From: an uncultured Gammaproteobacteria bacterium
Lineage (GTDB): Bacteria > Pseudomonadota > Gammaproteobacteria > JABCZS01
DNA: 64,000 bases
Assembly: GCA_963848305.1 (NCBI GenBank)
Contig: CAWKDC010000001.1
Coordinates: 192,001-256,000 of the forward strand
Reading direction: 5' to 3'
The stretch's first letter is position 1. Each line of letters starts with the position of its first letter. Below, in pieces: positions 18,182 through 28,133 of this stretch. Both the position numbers and the translations under genes were made by a program. The notes under the pieces are model-generated. The model was not told the origin of the DNA. It worked only from the letters and a program-made list of their open reading frames with translations, and did not search any database.

Positions 18182-20998
18182 ATGACTGATTATAAACACA
18201 CATTGAATTTACCTGAAACCGCTTTTGCGATGAAGGCTAATTTGTCTCAGCGCGAACCTGAGCGTTTAAAGAAATGGCAAGATGATCATCTTTACGAAAA
18301 AATCCGCGTTTCTCGTGCAGGCGCGCCAAAATATATTTTGCATGATGGACCACCTTATGCAAATGGAGCCATTCATTTAGGGCATGCAACGAATAAAATT
18401 TTGAAAGATTTTATTTTAAAATCGAAAACATTGAGTGGATTTGATTGTCCTTACGTGCCAGGTTGGGATTGTCATGGTTTGCCCATTGAAATCAATGTGG
18501 AAAAAAAGATTGGACGTGTGGGCGATAAAGTTAACGCCGCGCAATTCCGCAAAGCGTGTCGTGAATATGCAATGACACAAGTGGACGCACAGCGCACTGA
18601 ATTCATTCGACTCGGCGTGTTAGGCGATTGGTTCCATCCGTACTTGACGATGGATCATGATTTTGAGGCCAATGTGGTGCGATCACTCGCGAAGATCATT
18701 GCGAATGGCCATCTTGTGCAAGGCTTTAAGCCCGTGCATTGGTGCATGGATTGTAAATCGGCTTTGGCGGAAGCGGAAGTAGAATATCAAGATAAAACAT
18801 CTTCCTCTGTTCATGTGACATTTCCTGTGGTCGATCATTTATCGTTGAATGAAAAAGTGCCTCGTTTGGCGCAAACGCGTTTTGTAAATGTTTCATTTGT
18901 GATTTGGACTACTACACCCTGGACATTACCATCCAATAAAGCGGTGTGTTTAAACCCAGACATTGAATATGCATTTGTTGCAGTAAATCGCGGAAACGAT
19001 CCTGAATGCTTGATTTTGGCGGCATCTCGTGTGGAAGCGTGTATGGCCATTTATGGCATTGCAGACTTTGACATCATTGCGATGGCGCCTGGAAAAGATC
19101 TTGAATATATCGAATTGCAACACCCTTGGATGGAAACTACTGTGCCTGTGATCATGGGAGATCACGTGACAGTGGATACCGGAACGGGATGTGTTCATAC
19201 CGCACCAGATCATGGTGAAGACGATTACCGTGTTGCAATGGCGTATCATTTAACCATGGATCATCGGGTAGATGGGCGTGGTTTGTTCTCAGGTAATACA
19301 CCTATCGTGGCTGGCATGCATGTATTGAAATCCAATTATACTATCATTGAACATTTGGCGGCTCAGGGCAGGTTGTTGGCTGAGGAAAAAGTGCAGCACA
19401 GTTATCCGCATTGTTGGCGTCATCGCACCCCGATTATTTTCCGTGCAACACCGCAATGGTTTATCAGCATGGAACAAGAAGGATTGCGACGCGATGTATT
19501 GAAAGCGATCAAAACTGTTTCATTCATTCCTGAATGGGGAGAGTCTCGCATCACGCGTATGGTTGAAAATGCGCCTGATTGGTGTGTATCGCGTCAGCGT
19601 ACTTGGACCATGCCAATCACCAGTTATATGCATAATGACACCGGTGAATTGCATCCAAATACGCAAGCAATCATGGAGAAGGTCGCACAGGCGATTGCGA
19701 AAATGGGCATGGAAGCTTGGTATGATTATCCTGATGCAGAATTGATCGGTGACGATATAGACAATTACCATAAAATCCCAGATGGTTTGGATGTGTGGTT
19801 TGATTCGGGTGTCACGCATGCGTGCGTATTAGACGTTCGTCCTGAGCTTCACGCGCCAGCAGATTTATACTTAGAAGGATCTGATCAACACCGCGGATGG
19901 TTTAATTCTTCTCTCATGACACGCGTTGCCATGTATGGCGTAGCGCCTTATAAACAAGTATTAACGCACGGTTTTTTATTAGATGGAACGGGCCGTAAGA
20001 TGTCAAAATCTGTTGGCAACGATGTGGCGCCGCAGACAGTCGTGTCACAGTTTGGTGCGGATATTTTGCGTTTGTGGGTTGCAGGCAGTGATTATCGTAA
20101 TGACATGGCTTATTCGAGCGAAATCCTCAATCGCACGGTGGATGCATATCGTCGTATTCGAAATACGTCTCGATTTTTATTGGCTAATTTAAATGGTTTT
20201 GAACCGAAAAGGGATTTATTGCCTGCCTTCGAGTGTGTAGCTTTAGATCGTTATATGATCAGGCGCGCGATGAAGCTTCAAGAGGAAATACGCGCTCACT
20301 ATGAAGCATTTGAATTTCATCTTGTTTATCAAAAATTGCATCATGTGTGCAGCATGGATTTGGGCAGCTTTTACTTAGACATCATCAAAGACAGACAATA
20401 TACCGCAAAATCGGATGGCATCGCACGTCGCAGTGCGCAAACCGCTTTATACCATTGGGTTCAAGCGATGACACGTTGGATGGCGCCGATTTTATCATTC
20501 ACGGCGGATGAAATCTGGGAACATATTCCAGGTGTAAAAGATGAGTCGTTGTTTGTTCAATCATGGTATGACCAGTTTCCTGAGCACGTGAATGATGATG
20601 TGTTTACTGATCAATATTGGGAATCACTCATGCTCGTTCGTGATGAAGTGAATAAGCATTTGGAAGGGTTTAGAAAAGCAGGGGATATAGGCTCGGGTCT
20701 TGATGCACATGTTGTATTGCATGCGCGCGGTAATCTGCTCAAACAATTGCAAGCCTTGAAAAATGAACTGCGATTTGTGTTGATCACGTCAGATGCATCG
20801 GTTGTTGAAATGGGCGATCAATCTTCTAATACTGCTTTGCCTGATTTGTTCGTCGCTGTTCACGTCACAGAGGCTGTGAAATGTGTGCGTTGTTGGCAGC
20901 GTCGTGAAGATGTAGGACAGGTAAAAGCGCATCCAGAACTTTGTGTGCGTTGCGTGGACAATGTCGATGGCGCGGGCGAGGTGCGTTTGTATGCGTAG
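18182..20998 (+). CDS. ileS: isoleucine--tRNA ligase
   Basis: HDGPPYANG..HLGH, GWDCHGLP, WTTTPWT, KMSKS, C-terminal Zn finger. Confidence 0.98.
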   Translation: MTDYKHTLNLPETAFAMKANLSQREPERLKKWQDDHLYEKIRVSRAGAPKYILHDGPPYANGAIHLGHATNKILKDFILKSKTLSGFDCPYVPGWDCHGLPIEINVEKKIGRVGDKVNAAQFRKACREYAMTQVDAQRTEFIRLGVLGDWFHPYLTMDHDFEANVVRSLAKIIANGHLVQGFKPVHWCMDCKSALAEAEVEYQDKTSSSVHVTFPVVDHLSLNEKVPRLAQTRFVNVSFVIWTTTPWTLPSNKAVCLNPDIEYAFVAVNRGNDPECLILAASRVEACMAIYGIADFDIIAMAPGKDLEYIELQHPWMETTVPVIMGDHVTVDTGTGCVHTAPDHGEDDYRVAMAYHLTMDHRVDGRGLFSGNTPIVAGMHVLKSNYTIIEHLAAQGRLLAEEKVQHSYPHCWRHRTPIIFRATPQWFISMEQEGLRRDVLKAIKTVSFIPEWGESRITRMVENAPDWCVSRQRTWTMPITSYMHNDTGELHPNTQAIMEKVAQAIAKMGMEAWYDYPDAELIGDDIDNYHKIPDGLDVWFDSGVTHACVLDVRPELHAPADLYLEGSDQHRGWFNSSLMTRVAMYGVAPYKQVLTHGFLLDGTGRKMSKSVGNDVAPQTVVSQFGADILRLWVAGSDYRNDMAYSSEILNRTVDAYRRIRNTSRFLLANLNGFEPKRDLLPAFECVALDRYMIRRAMKLQEEIRAHYEAFEFHLVYQKLHHVCSMDLGSFYLDIIKDRQYTAKSDGIARRSAQTALYHWVQAMTRWMAPILSFTADEIWEHIPGVKDESLFVQSWYDQFPEHVNDDVFTDQYWESLMLVRDEVNKHLEGFRKAGDIGSGLDAHVVLHARGNLLKQLQALKNELRFVLITSDASVVEMGDQSSNTALPDLFVAVHVTEAVKCVRCWQRREDVGQVKAHPELCVRCVDNVDGAGEVRLYA

Positions 20999-21455
20999 TC
21001 GATTGGTTGTCTTTTTCATTATTATTGCGGTGCTTTCTCTCGATGTCTTGACAAAGCGTTGGGTCAGTCATGCGTTTTATTTTGGCGAAATCGTACCGAT
21101 CTTTCCAGGGTTTAATTTGACGCTTGCACATAACACAGGCGCAGCGTTTAGTTTTCTGGCAGATGGCGCGGGTTGGCAACGTGTTTTGCTGTCTGCTGTC
21201 GCAGTGATTGTCACCCTAGTTTTTTCTGTGTGGCTGTATCGTACGCCAGCATCTGATCGCGTGACAACTATGGGTCTATCGTTGATCATTGCGGGCGCCA
21301 TCGGCAATTTGATTGATCGATTGTGGTACGGCTATGTGGTCGATTTTCTCGATGTTTATGTGAGCATTTATCACTGGCCTGCGTTTAATGTGGCGGATTC
21401 AGCAATTTGTATAGGTGTGGGTTTTCTGCTGCTGGAGGTCTTTCGTCGTGACTAA
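20991..21455 (+). CDS. lspA: signal peptidase II
   Basis: [26 protein letters not shown]. Confidence 0.97.
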   Translation: MRSRLVVFFIIIAVLSLDVLTKRWVSHAFYFGEIVPIFPGFNLTLAHNTGAAFSFLADGAGWQRVLLSAVAVIVTLVFSVWLYRTPASDRVTTMGLSLIIAGAIGNLIDRLWYGYVVDFLDVYVSIYHWPAFNVADSAICIGVGFLLLEVFRRD

Positions 21456-22398
21456 TGCACAAATCATCCTTGCCAACCCCCGTGGCTTCTGTGCCGGCGT
21501 TGATCGTGCTGTCGATATTGTCGAACGTGCGCTGGAATTATTAGATTGCACAATTTATGTGCGTCATGAAATTGTTCACAATCGTTATGTTGTTGAAGAT
21601 CTTCAACGCAAAGGTGTGATTTTCGTGAATGAATTGTGCGATGTGCCTGATGGCGGCACAGTTGTTTTTTCTGCCCATGGCGTTGCTGCAAGTGTGCATG
21701 AAGAAGCTAAGCGTCGCAATCTCACGGTGTTTGATGCGACTTGCCCTTTGGTGACGAAAGTTCACATGGAAGTGATACGTGCTGCCAAAGAAAGCCATGA
21801 ATGCATTTTAATCGGTCATCGTGGCCATCCTGAAGTCATTGGCACGATGGGGCAATATCATCATCCTGATCGCAGCATTTACTTGGTTGAAACGCTTGAA
21901 GATGCTGAAACCATTGCGGTGGATGATCCCACCCGTTTAAGTTTTGTGACGCAGACGACATTGTCGATTGATGAAACCAAAATGATCATTGCAACCCTTA
22001 TGCGCCGTTTCCCATTGATTCAGGGCCTGAAGCGTGATGACATTTGTTATGCCACGCAAAATCGTCAGAATGCCGTACGTGAATTGGCAAAGTCTGTGGA
22101 TGTGGTATTGGTTGTCGGTTCGCCTAACAGCTCGAACTCAAATCGATTGCGCGAATTGGCTGAATCGCTCTGCGGTCGTGCGTATTTGCTCGATTCCGCT
22201 GATTCAGTATTGCCCGAATGGATTGCTGGTGCAAAAGCCATTGGCTTGACCGCTGGCGCTTCAGCACCTGAAGTGCTGTTGCAACAGGTGATTGTGCGTT
22301 TGAAAGCATTAGGTGCAGGGAATGTCGTTGAGATGGCTGAACCGAGGGAAGACATTGTCTTTCCATTGCCGAAGTTGTTGCGGGAATTAGAAAAATGA
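21448..22398 (+). CDS. ispH: 4-hydroxy-3-methylbut-2-enyl diphosphate reductase
   Basis: [32 protein letters not shown]. Confidence 0.97.
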   Translation: MTNAQIILANPRGFCAGVDRAVDIVERALELLDCTIYVRHEIVHNRYVVEDLQRKGVIFVNELCDVPDGGTVVFSAHGVAASVHEEAKRRNLTVFDATCPLVTKVHMEVIRAAKESHECILIGHRGHPEVIGTMGQYHHPDRSIYLVETLEDAETIAVDDPTRLSFVTQTTLSIDETKMIIATLMRRFPLIQGLKRDDICYATQNRQNAVRELAKSVDVVLVVGSPNSSNSNRLRELAESLCGRAYLLDSADSVLPEWIAGAKAIGLTAGASAPEVLLQQVIVRLKALGAGNVVEMAEPREDIVFPLPKLLRELEK

Positions 22399-22427
22399 TG
22401 GAAAGACGATAAAATTGCGCGTCGATG

Positions 22428-22662
22428 ATGAGGTGTGCGCATTCAAGGCCGCAAGGCCTTTAAACATTTGGCATAGGGTGAGGTGTACGCATCTAAGGCC
22501 GCAAGGCCTTTAAGCATTTGGCATAGGGTGAGGTGTATGCATTAAGGCCGCAAGGCCTTTAAGCATTTAGCCTAGGGTTAGATGTGCCCCGGCGAAAGCC
22601 GGGGCGCATCGTAACCCTAGGAAATGTATGGGAGAGTGTTCTGAGCACTGAAAGTGCGAAAG
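22428..22662. repeat. left REP array of RAYT (three ~50-bp tandem units plus REPIN)
   Basis: aaggccgcaaggccttt at 22445, 22495 and 22544; ccccggcgaaagccgggg hairpin; gcactgaaagtgc hairpin; inverted copy at 23264-23432. Confidence 0.9.
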
Positions 22663-22791
22663 ACCTATTGCATAAATCAATGAATCTAGATATTCTGCTT
22701 CACGATTTCAGCTCGGTGAAAGATGCGTATATGGCATCGTAACACTAAGTTAAAAGCGCGAATAAAAATAATAATTAAAAAAGGAATGATC

Positions 22792-23256
22792 ATGTCTCAA
22801 TCATTATCTCAAGTATGGGTGCACGTTATTTTCTCTACAAAAAATCGATATCCTTATTTAAAAGATCCTAACATACGCGAAAGAGTATATGAATATATAG
22901 TCGCAATATGCCAAAATTTACAGTGTAACGTCATTGCAATAAATGGTGTTGAAGATCATGTGCATTTACTCGCAGGTCTACATAAAAATATATCATTATG
23001 TGATCTTGTTGAAAAAATAAAAAAATCTTCTTCTAAATGGATAAAAGGAATTGGTATACATCACAACCATTTAAACAAATTTTATTGGCAGAGCGGTTAC
23101 GGTGCATTTAGTGTGAGTCAATCGAACCTGGAAATTGTTAGAAAATATATAGTGAATCAAGCTGAGCATCATAAGAAACAAAGTTTTCAAGACGAATATA
23201 GGGCTTTCTTGATTAAATATGATATTGCCTACAAAGAAGAATATGTTTGGAAATAA
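22792..23256 (+). mobile_element. IS200/IS605-type Y1 (HUH) transposase, REP-associated (RAYT-like)
   Basis: HVIFSTKNR, EDHVHLL (HUH), WQSGYGAFSV, YI.NQ.EHH; low GC; flanked by long inverted REP arms; no tnpB. Confidence 0.9.
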
Positions 23257-23263
23257 GCAATAG

Positions 23264-23432
23264 TTTCGCACTTTCAGTGCTCAAAACATTCTCTCATACA
23301 TTTCCTAGGGTTACGATACGCCCCGGCTTTCGCCGGGACGCATCTAACCCTAGGCTAAATGCTTAAAGGCCTTGCGGCCTTAGATGCATACACCTCACCC
23401 TAGGCTAAATGCTTAAAGGCCTTGCGGCCTTG
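23264..23432. repeat. right REP array of RAYT (inverted relative to the left arm)
   Basis: ~170-bp near-perfect reverse complement of ~22495-22662. Confidence 0.9.
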
Positions 23433-23447
23433 GGAAGAGAGATTAGG

Positions 23448-23801
23448 TTATAGCGGATCCACATCCAGTATTCTATCATTCAACAAATCCAGCTTCGCTT
23501 GTAAACCAGCGATTTTAAAGGGAATTTGTGATGCGAGCAGCCGACGCTCCTGGGCATTGATTTTAACCTTAAGACGGGCAATCTGAGCCGCTGAGGTCTT
23601 GCGGGATCGGGCGAGGGCTTTGCGGTTCTGGTTCAGGGCTTCAAGTGCTTTATCATAAGACTTTACTAATTCGTTGATTTCTTTGCTTAAGTTTTTGATT
23701 TGGGTGGCGATAACTTGTTGGCGCAGCCCTGGGTGGGTATTTTGCTTAGAAAAAAGGCCATTGGAAAGTGCAGAGACTGCTGGTATAAGAATATGAGACA
23801 T
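23448..23801 (-). CDS. hypothetical coiled-coil protein
   Basis: ATG with GGAGG RBS; heptad-like K/E/L-rich sequence. Confidence 0.6.
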   Translation of the reverse strand: MSHILIPAVSALSNGLFSKQNTHPGLRQQVIATQIKNLSKEINELVKSYDKALEALNQNRKALARSRKTSAAQIARLKVKINAQERRLLASQIPFKIAGLQAKLDLLNDRILDVDPL

Positions 23802-23935
23802 AGTTAACCCTCCATTAAGAGCCATCATACCCCAATTCACCTAGATATGTCAATCAAAATCTTTACCCAAAATAGGTACAATGTTCAACAAATCAATGGG
23901 TTAGCTTTATCGTGTTTTGAGGCTATACTATCAAA

Positions 23936-25717
23936 ATGGAAAATACATCACTCATCAATTTTTTAAAGCAAAACCCGCTTTTTCGTGATATTCCCATGGA
24001 TCTGCTCGAGACATTGGCAGGTGACATGTCGCTTGTACATGTATTGGGCGGACAATATTTAATGCGGGCCGGCGAACAAGGTCACACCATGTATTTATTG
24101 GTGCATGGCCGTATGCGCGTATATACAGATGAAAATGATCCCCATGCAATCCGTGAAATTGGTGTGGGAGAAGCGGTGGGTGAACTCGCGATACTCACTG
24201 ATATGCCACGCAGCGCGACAGTGGTGGCGATTCGAGATTCTACTTTGGTGAAAATCACCGAAGAGACGTTTCGTCGTTGGGTCAAATTGCATCCCGACTC
24301 TGCCGTGCAAATGATCTCGCGCAGTATTAAACGTTTACTTCCCAACACACAAACGCGCCATCAACCTATCACCGCATTGGCCATTGTGCCCGCTCAAGCT
24401 GATCTTGATACAAGAGAAGTGTGCAATGCGCTGGTCAAGGCTATGATGCCTTATAAGAAATGCTTATTGCTCACGGCAGATAATCAGAAAGTTCAAGAAG
24501 CGATTGCAAAAGGTGAAACGGTATCTCTTGAATATTTAAATGAATGTGCTGATCAATATGATTTATTGATCTATGTTGCCACCCCTGATTTGAATGAATG
24601 GTCAAAGCAATGTGTTCGTCAGAGCGATCAAGTATTGATGCTTTGTTCGGCGACGTCATTCACTCCATTACCTGTCATTGACTATTTGTCGACAGACAAC
24701 CACACATTTGCTAAAAAAATATTGGTGGTGTTGCATCGCTCTCAAACTGAATTGCCAAAGCATACTGACAAGCTGATTCAAGCGACAAAGGCTGACAGTG
24801 TTTTCCATATTCAGCATTCATCTGATTACGAACGTATTGGACGGTTTTTCACAGGCAATGCAATATCACTGGTATTCAGCGGTGGCGGTTTGCGTGGTGC
24901 GGCGCATATTGGTTTGTATTTTGCTTTGGAAGAAAATAATATTCCTATCGATATGTTTGCTGGAACCAGTTTTGGTGCGTTGGTCGCGGCAGGGATGGCG
25001 CAGCGTTTGCCAAGAGCTCGGTTAAATGAGATTTTGGATATGGCGAATCGCACGCTGCCAGGCTTGATGGATTACACTTTACCAGTCGCCTCATTATTAC
25101 GCGGCGAAAAATTATATGAATTATTGACGAGTGCATTTGCGCCAGATGTTTTATTGGAAGATCTGTGGTTGCCTTCATTCTGTATTGGTACAAATTTGAG
25201 TGATTCAAAGATTGAGATATTTGATCGCGGACCGGCTTGGGAGGCTGTCCGTGCATCGATGTCATTGCCAGGTATTTTTTCACCGGTGACACACAATGGG
25301 AAAGTGATCATTGATGGAGGCAGTTTGAATAATTTGCCCGTTGATATCATGGCTGATCGGAACCAGGGCGGTAAGATCATTGCATCGAATGTTGGCTCTG
25401 CATTGCCTGATGAATTTTACCATGCCGAAAGTGCACATGTTTCTGGGGTCGATGTGCTGGCAGATCGCTTTCGCGTCGAGCCTCATACGCATTTGCCATC
25501 ATTGCTGGATATTTTAGTGAATGTAGGTTTTATCGGTTCACGACAACATTTGAAGATCGCGAAGCCTTTGTGTGATTATTATATTGATTTAGATCTCAGC
25601 GCTTATCCAATGATGGATTTAAAGCATTGGAATGAGATCATCGATAAAGGGCATGAGCAGGGGTTGAAGTGGATTAAAGAATTGGGGATTACGAGAGAGA
25701 CATTGGGTATAAAATAG
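23936..25717 (+). CDS. cNMP-binding domain + patatin phospholipase (NTE/RssA family)
   Basis: GELAIL...PRSATV cNMP domain; GGGLRG, GTSFG, DGG patatin motifs. Confidence 0.92.
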   Translation: MENTSLINFLKQNPLFRDIPMDLLETLAGDMSLVHVLGGQYLMRAGEQGHTMYLLVHGRMRVYTDENDPHAIREIGVGEAVGELAILTDMPRSATVVAIRDSTLVKITEETFRRWVKLHPDSAVQMISRSIKRLLPNTQTRHQPITALAIVPAQADLDTREVCNALVKAMMPYKKCLLLTADNQKVQEAIAKGETVSLEYLNECADQYDLLIYVATPDLNEWSKQCVRQSDQVLMLCSATSFTPLPVIDYLSTDNHTFAKKILVVLHRSQTELPKHTDKLIQATKADSVFHIQHSSDYERIGRFFTGNAISLVFSGGGLRGAAHIGLYFALEENNIPIDMFAGTSFGALVAAGMAQRLPRARLNEILDMANRTLPGLMDYTLPVASLLRGEKLYELLTSAFAPDVLLEDLWLPSFCIGTNLSDSKIEIFDRGPAWEAVRASMSLPGIFSPVTHNGKVIIDGGSLNNLPVDIMADRNQGGKIIASNVGSALPDEFYHAESAHVSGVDVLADRFRVEPHTHLPSLLDILVNVGFIGSRQHLKIAKPLCDYYIDLDLSAYPMMDLKHWNEIIDKGHEQGLKWIKELGITRETLGIK

Positions 25718-25722
25718 TCATT

Positions 25723-27456
25723 TTATTTTTTTGGGAGTTTCGGTGCTGACGATGAGGGATGTGCGGTCGTGACATTCGTCGTGCTACTCATCAATACAGG
25801 CGTACTGGATGTGCTTTCACTTGGCTGGTTCGATTCCTTGGTTTTTATTTCTTGCATCTCAATTCCATGCACTTTTGCTTCATTTTTAATATCCTTTGTG
25901 CTGGCATAGGCATTAATGATACGTTTGAAGCCTCCGAAATAAAATACCGCAGCGACCACAACACCGACCGACAAAACAAATGGATTGGTTGCCACAGTAA
26001 ATGCGACGGCTGCGCAAACAGCTCCGCCGACAGTGGCGATGGCAGCGTACATAATGAGCTTATTGATTGGCATAGAACCCATGACAGGAATGTCAAAGTT
26101 ATTGTTATCTTTTTTAATATACTTCACATATAAAAGCCCGCCGAGAGCAACCGCACCTAAACAAGCCACAATGGTTGCGAGGATAGGTGAAGTTAAGCCC
26201 ATACCCGCCATAGAGCACACACCAAATATTTTTACATTGCCTTGCAAAGATTCTTCAAATTGTTTTGAAAAACGTACGATCGTAGGATTAGTGGACAGTT
26301 TTGGTAAGAAGGTAAGCACTTTAATACTGATACCCGCAATGAACATGATCAGAAGACCGTTGAAAGTTCCACCCCATCCACCAGCTGCTTCATCAGGAAT
26401 CATGGTGAGCACCAGTTCTTGGCCCAGTGTGCTGAGTGCGCCGCCCAGAAACCACATGTCGACGGCAAAAATAGTCATGACAGCCAAGATAAAGAGCAGG
26501 GTGAGTCCTGTTTTCCAGGTCAGTATATCAAGCATTTCACGGCTCTTAAGGCGTTTGGTAGAAGAAGCGGCAGCGGTTTTAGTGTCTGCATTTTCTCGCT
26601 CTAATTCTTCATTCATTTCATATTCAAATTCAACGCGACCTGTGTATTTATTGCCATACATGGCCATGATGAAACCACCAACGGTCATGACACCGAAAAT
26701 GAAGGTGTAATCAGGGTATTGCCCAGTGACCAAAGAGACAGTCAGCAGTGAAAGACCTAAGATCATTGCAATTAAGCCTGGTACGAGATAATACAAAGGA
26801 CTTGTGTAGATATACGTGTTTTTGTATGCATTTCTAAATGCATTGAGATGAGCGCCCATGGCATTGTTGATGGCGTCCTCGTTGGTACGGGCTACGGTGC
26901 GTTTATACAAACCTGTGAAAATGGCATCCAGTTGTTCATTGGTATAGCCCAGGGATAGATAGTATTGCAACAAACTATGGTATAGGCGTGTTTTCCTGCG
27001 TAACGTGGGCAGGTTTCCTTTGTTGTATGCAGCGAGCAGACGTTCTTTTTCTGTGCCCAGTTCCTTTCCTTTAGGGTCAGCCATCATCATGGCTTGAGCG
27101 AGGGGGCCAGTGATGCCATTCTCGATTTGGAAGCGTTGTATTTTAATCTCTATCGCATCAAGTTCTTTTTTAACACGCTTAACTTCATTTTGCTCTTGCT
27201 CAGAGACGACCGCTATTTTCTTTTCGGCTTCGTAAATAATGTGGTACAGCAAGTCGAGATTGTTTTCATCCAGGGTTTGATTATTGGAAGCGTAGGGATT
27301 GAATGGGGATAAGACGTTGGCAACCTCCCTTTCAAGGGTCGGCGTAGGGTACAAAATGGCATTGGCAAATGGCTTCGCGTATAGATCATACTGTGCCGTG
27401 CTTAGACCAGCCAATTTGTTTCTAATCACTGTTTGATTTACCACGCCAGCCTCCAT
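25723..27456 (-). CDS. hypothetical multi-TM protein with coiled-coil N-terminus
   Basis: 577-aa ORF; about 8 hydrophobic segments; Ser/Thr-rich tail. Confidence 0.75.
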   Translation of the reverse strand: MEAGVVNQTVIRNKLAGLSTAQYDLYAKPFANAILYPTPTLEREVANVLSPFNPYASNNQTLDENNLDLLYHIIYEAEKKIAVVSEQEQNEVKRVKKELDAIEIKIQRFQIENGITGPLAQAMMMADPKGKELGTEKERLLAAYNKGNLPTLRRKTRLYHSLLQYYLSLGYTNEQLDAIFTGLYKRTVARTNEDAINNAMGAHLNAFRNAYKNTYIYTSPLYYLVPGLIAMILGLSLLTVSLVTGQYPDYTFIFGVMTVGGFIMAMYGNKYTGRVEFEYEMNEELERENADTKTAAASSTKRLKSREMLDILTWKTGLTLLFILAVMTIFAVDMWFLGGALSTLGQELVLTMIPDEAAGGWGGTFNGLLIMFIAGISIKVLTFLPKLSTNPTIVRFSKQFEESLQGNVKIFGVCSMAGMGLTSPILATIVACLGAVALGGLLYVKYIKKDNNNFDIPVMGSMPINKLIMYAAIATVGGAVCAAVAFTVATNPFVLSVGVVVAAVFYFGGFKRIINAYASTKDIKNEAKVHGIEMQEIKTKESNQPSESTSSTPVLMSSTTNVTTAHPSSSAPKLPKK

Positions 27457-27525
27457 ATTTAGCTGTTCACCTGATAACTATAACACTGAAACCATGAAAA
27501 AAGCAAGGGATTTGGGTGGTAAAAA

Positions 27526-28119
27526 TCAATTAAAAAGTGCAAGAAAATGAATGCCATAGCCCATGGCCACGGCGACGCCGGCAGCAAAGCCAAAGAGATG
27601 TCCTTCCCAAGAGGTTTTAACGTCGGTGGGGAGGAGATGCATGAGGATAGACCCGCAGTAGTAGAGCGCCAAAGCGCCCAAAATCAACCCGCTGGCATTA
27701 GGGTGGAAGTAGGCTTGGGTGAGCAGAAAACCCATATAACCCATGATGACGCCGCTGGCGCCCACATGCATGGCTTGACGGCCAAAGAGCCAAACGGCAA
27801 TTCCTGAGAAAATCATGATGTTAAGCGTGACATTCAAGAAGTAACTGAAACCATTGGCTAGCATCAATACCAATAACAGAAAGAGTGGGATTGAGTTAAA
27901 AAACAGATGGTTAATATTGCCATGTAAGAAGGGGGACGTGAAAATGCCAATCAGCCCAAATGGGTGGCGAGGGTAGATGCCCAGGATGTTTAAGCGGTAA
28001 TGCAGGGACATATTCACGAGCTGGATTGCCCAAAGCAGACCAATGATTTCTAAGGCCACGAGGGCATTGGTTTGCATGGTGAGAATGATTTGATGTAATG
28101 CATTTGTCCATTCAAACAT
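27526..28119 (-). CDS. rhomboid intramembrane serine protease
   Basis: FLHG..HL.FN, GASG, SWEGHLFG. Confidence 0.92.
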   Translation of the reverse strand: MFEWTNALHQIILTMQTNALVALEIIGLLWAIQLVNMSLHYRLNILGIYPRHPFGLIGIFTSPFLHGNINHLFFNSIPLFLLLVLMLANGFSYFLNVTLNIMIFSGIAVWLFGRQAMHVGASGVIMGYMGFLLTQAYFHPNASGLILGALALYYCGSILMHLLPTDVKTSWEGHLFGFAAGVAVAMGYGIHFLALFN

Positions 28120-28133
28120 TGTAAAACCTCTAT

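Noticed and set aside
22428-22600. CRISPR-like repeats next to the transposase
   Set aside because: The intervening sequences are near-identical (tandem 50-bp units), so they are not spacers.
25985-26710. Long antisense ORFs (e.g. 25985..26710, 57890..58426, 30926..31432, 15352..15843)
   Set aside because: They are shadow ORFs opposite well-supported genes, with no recognisable motifs.
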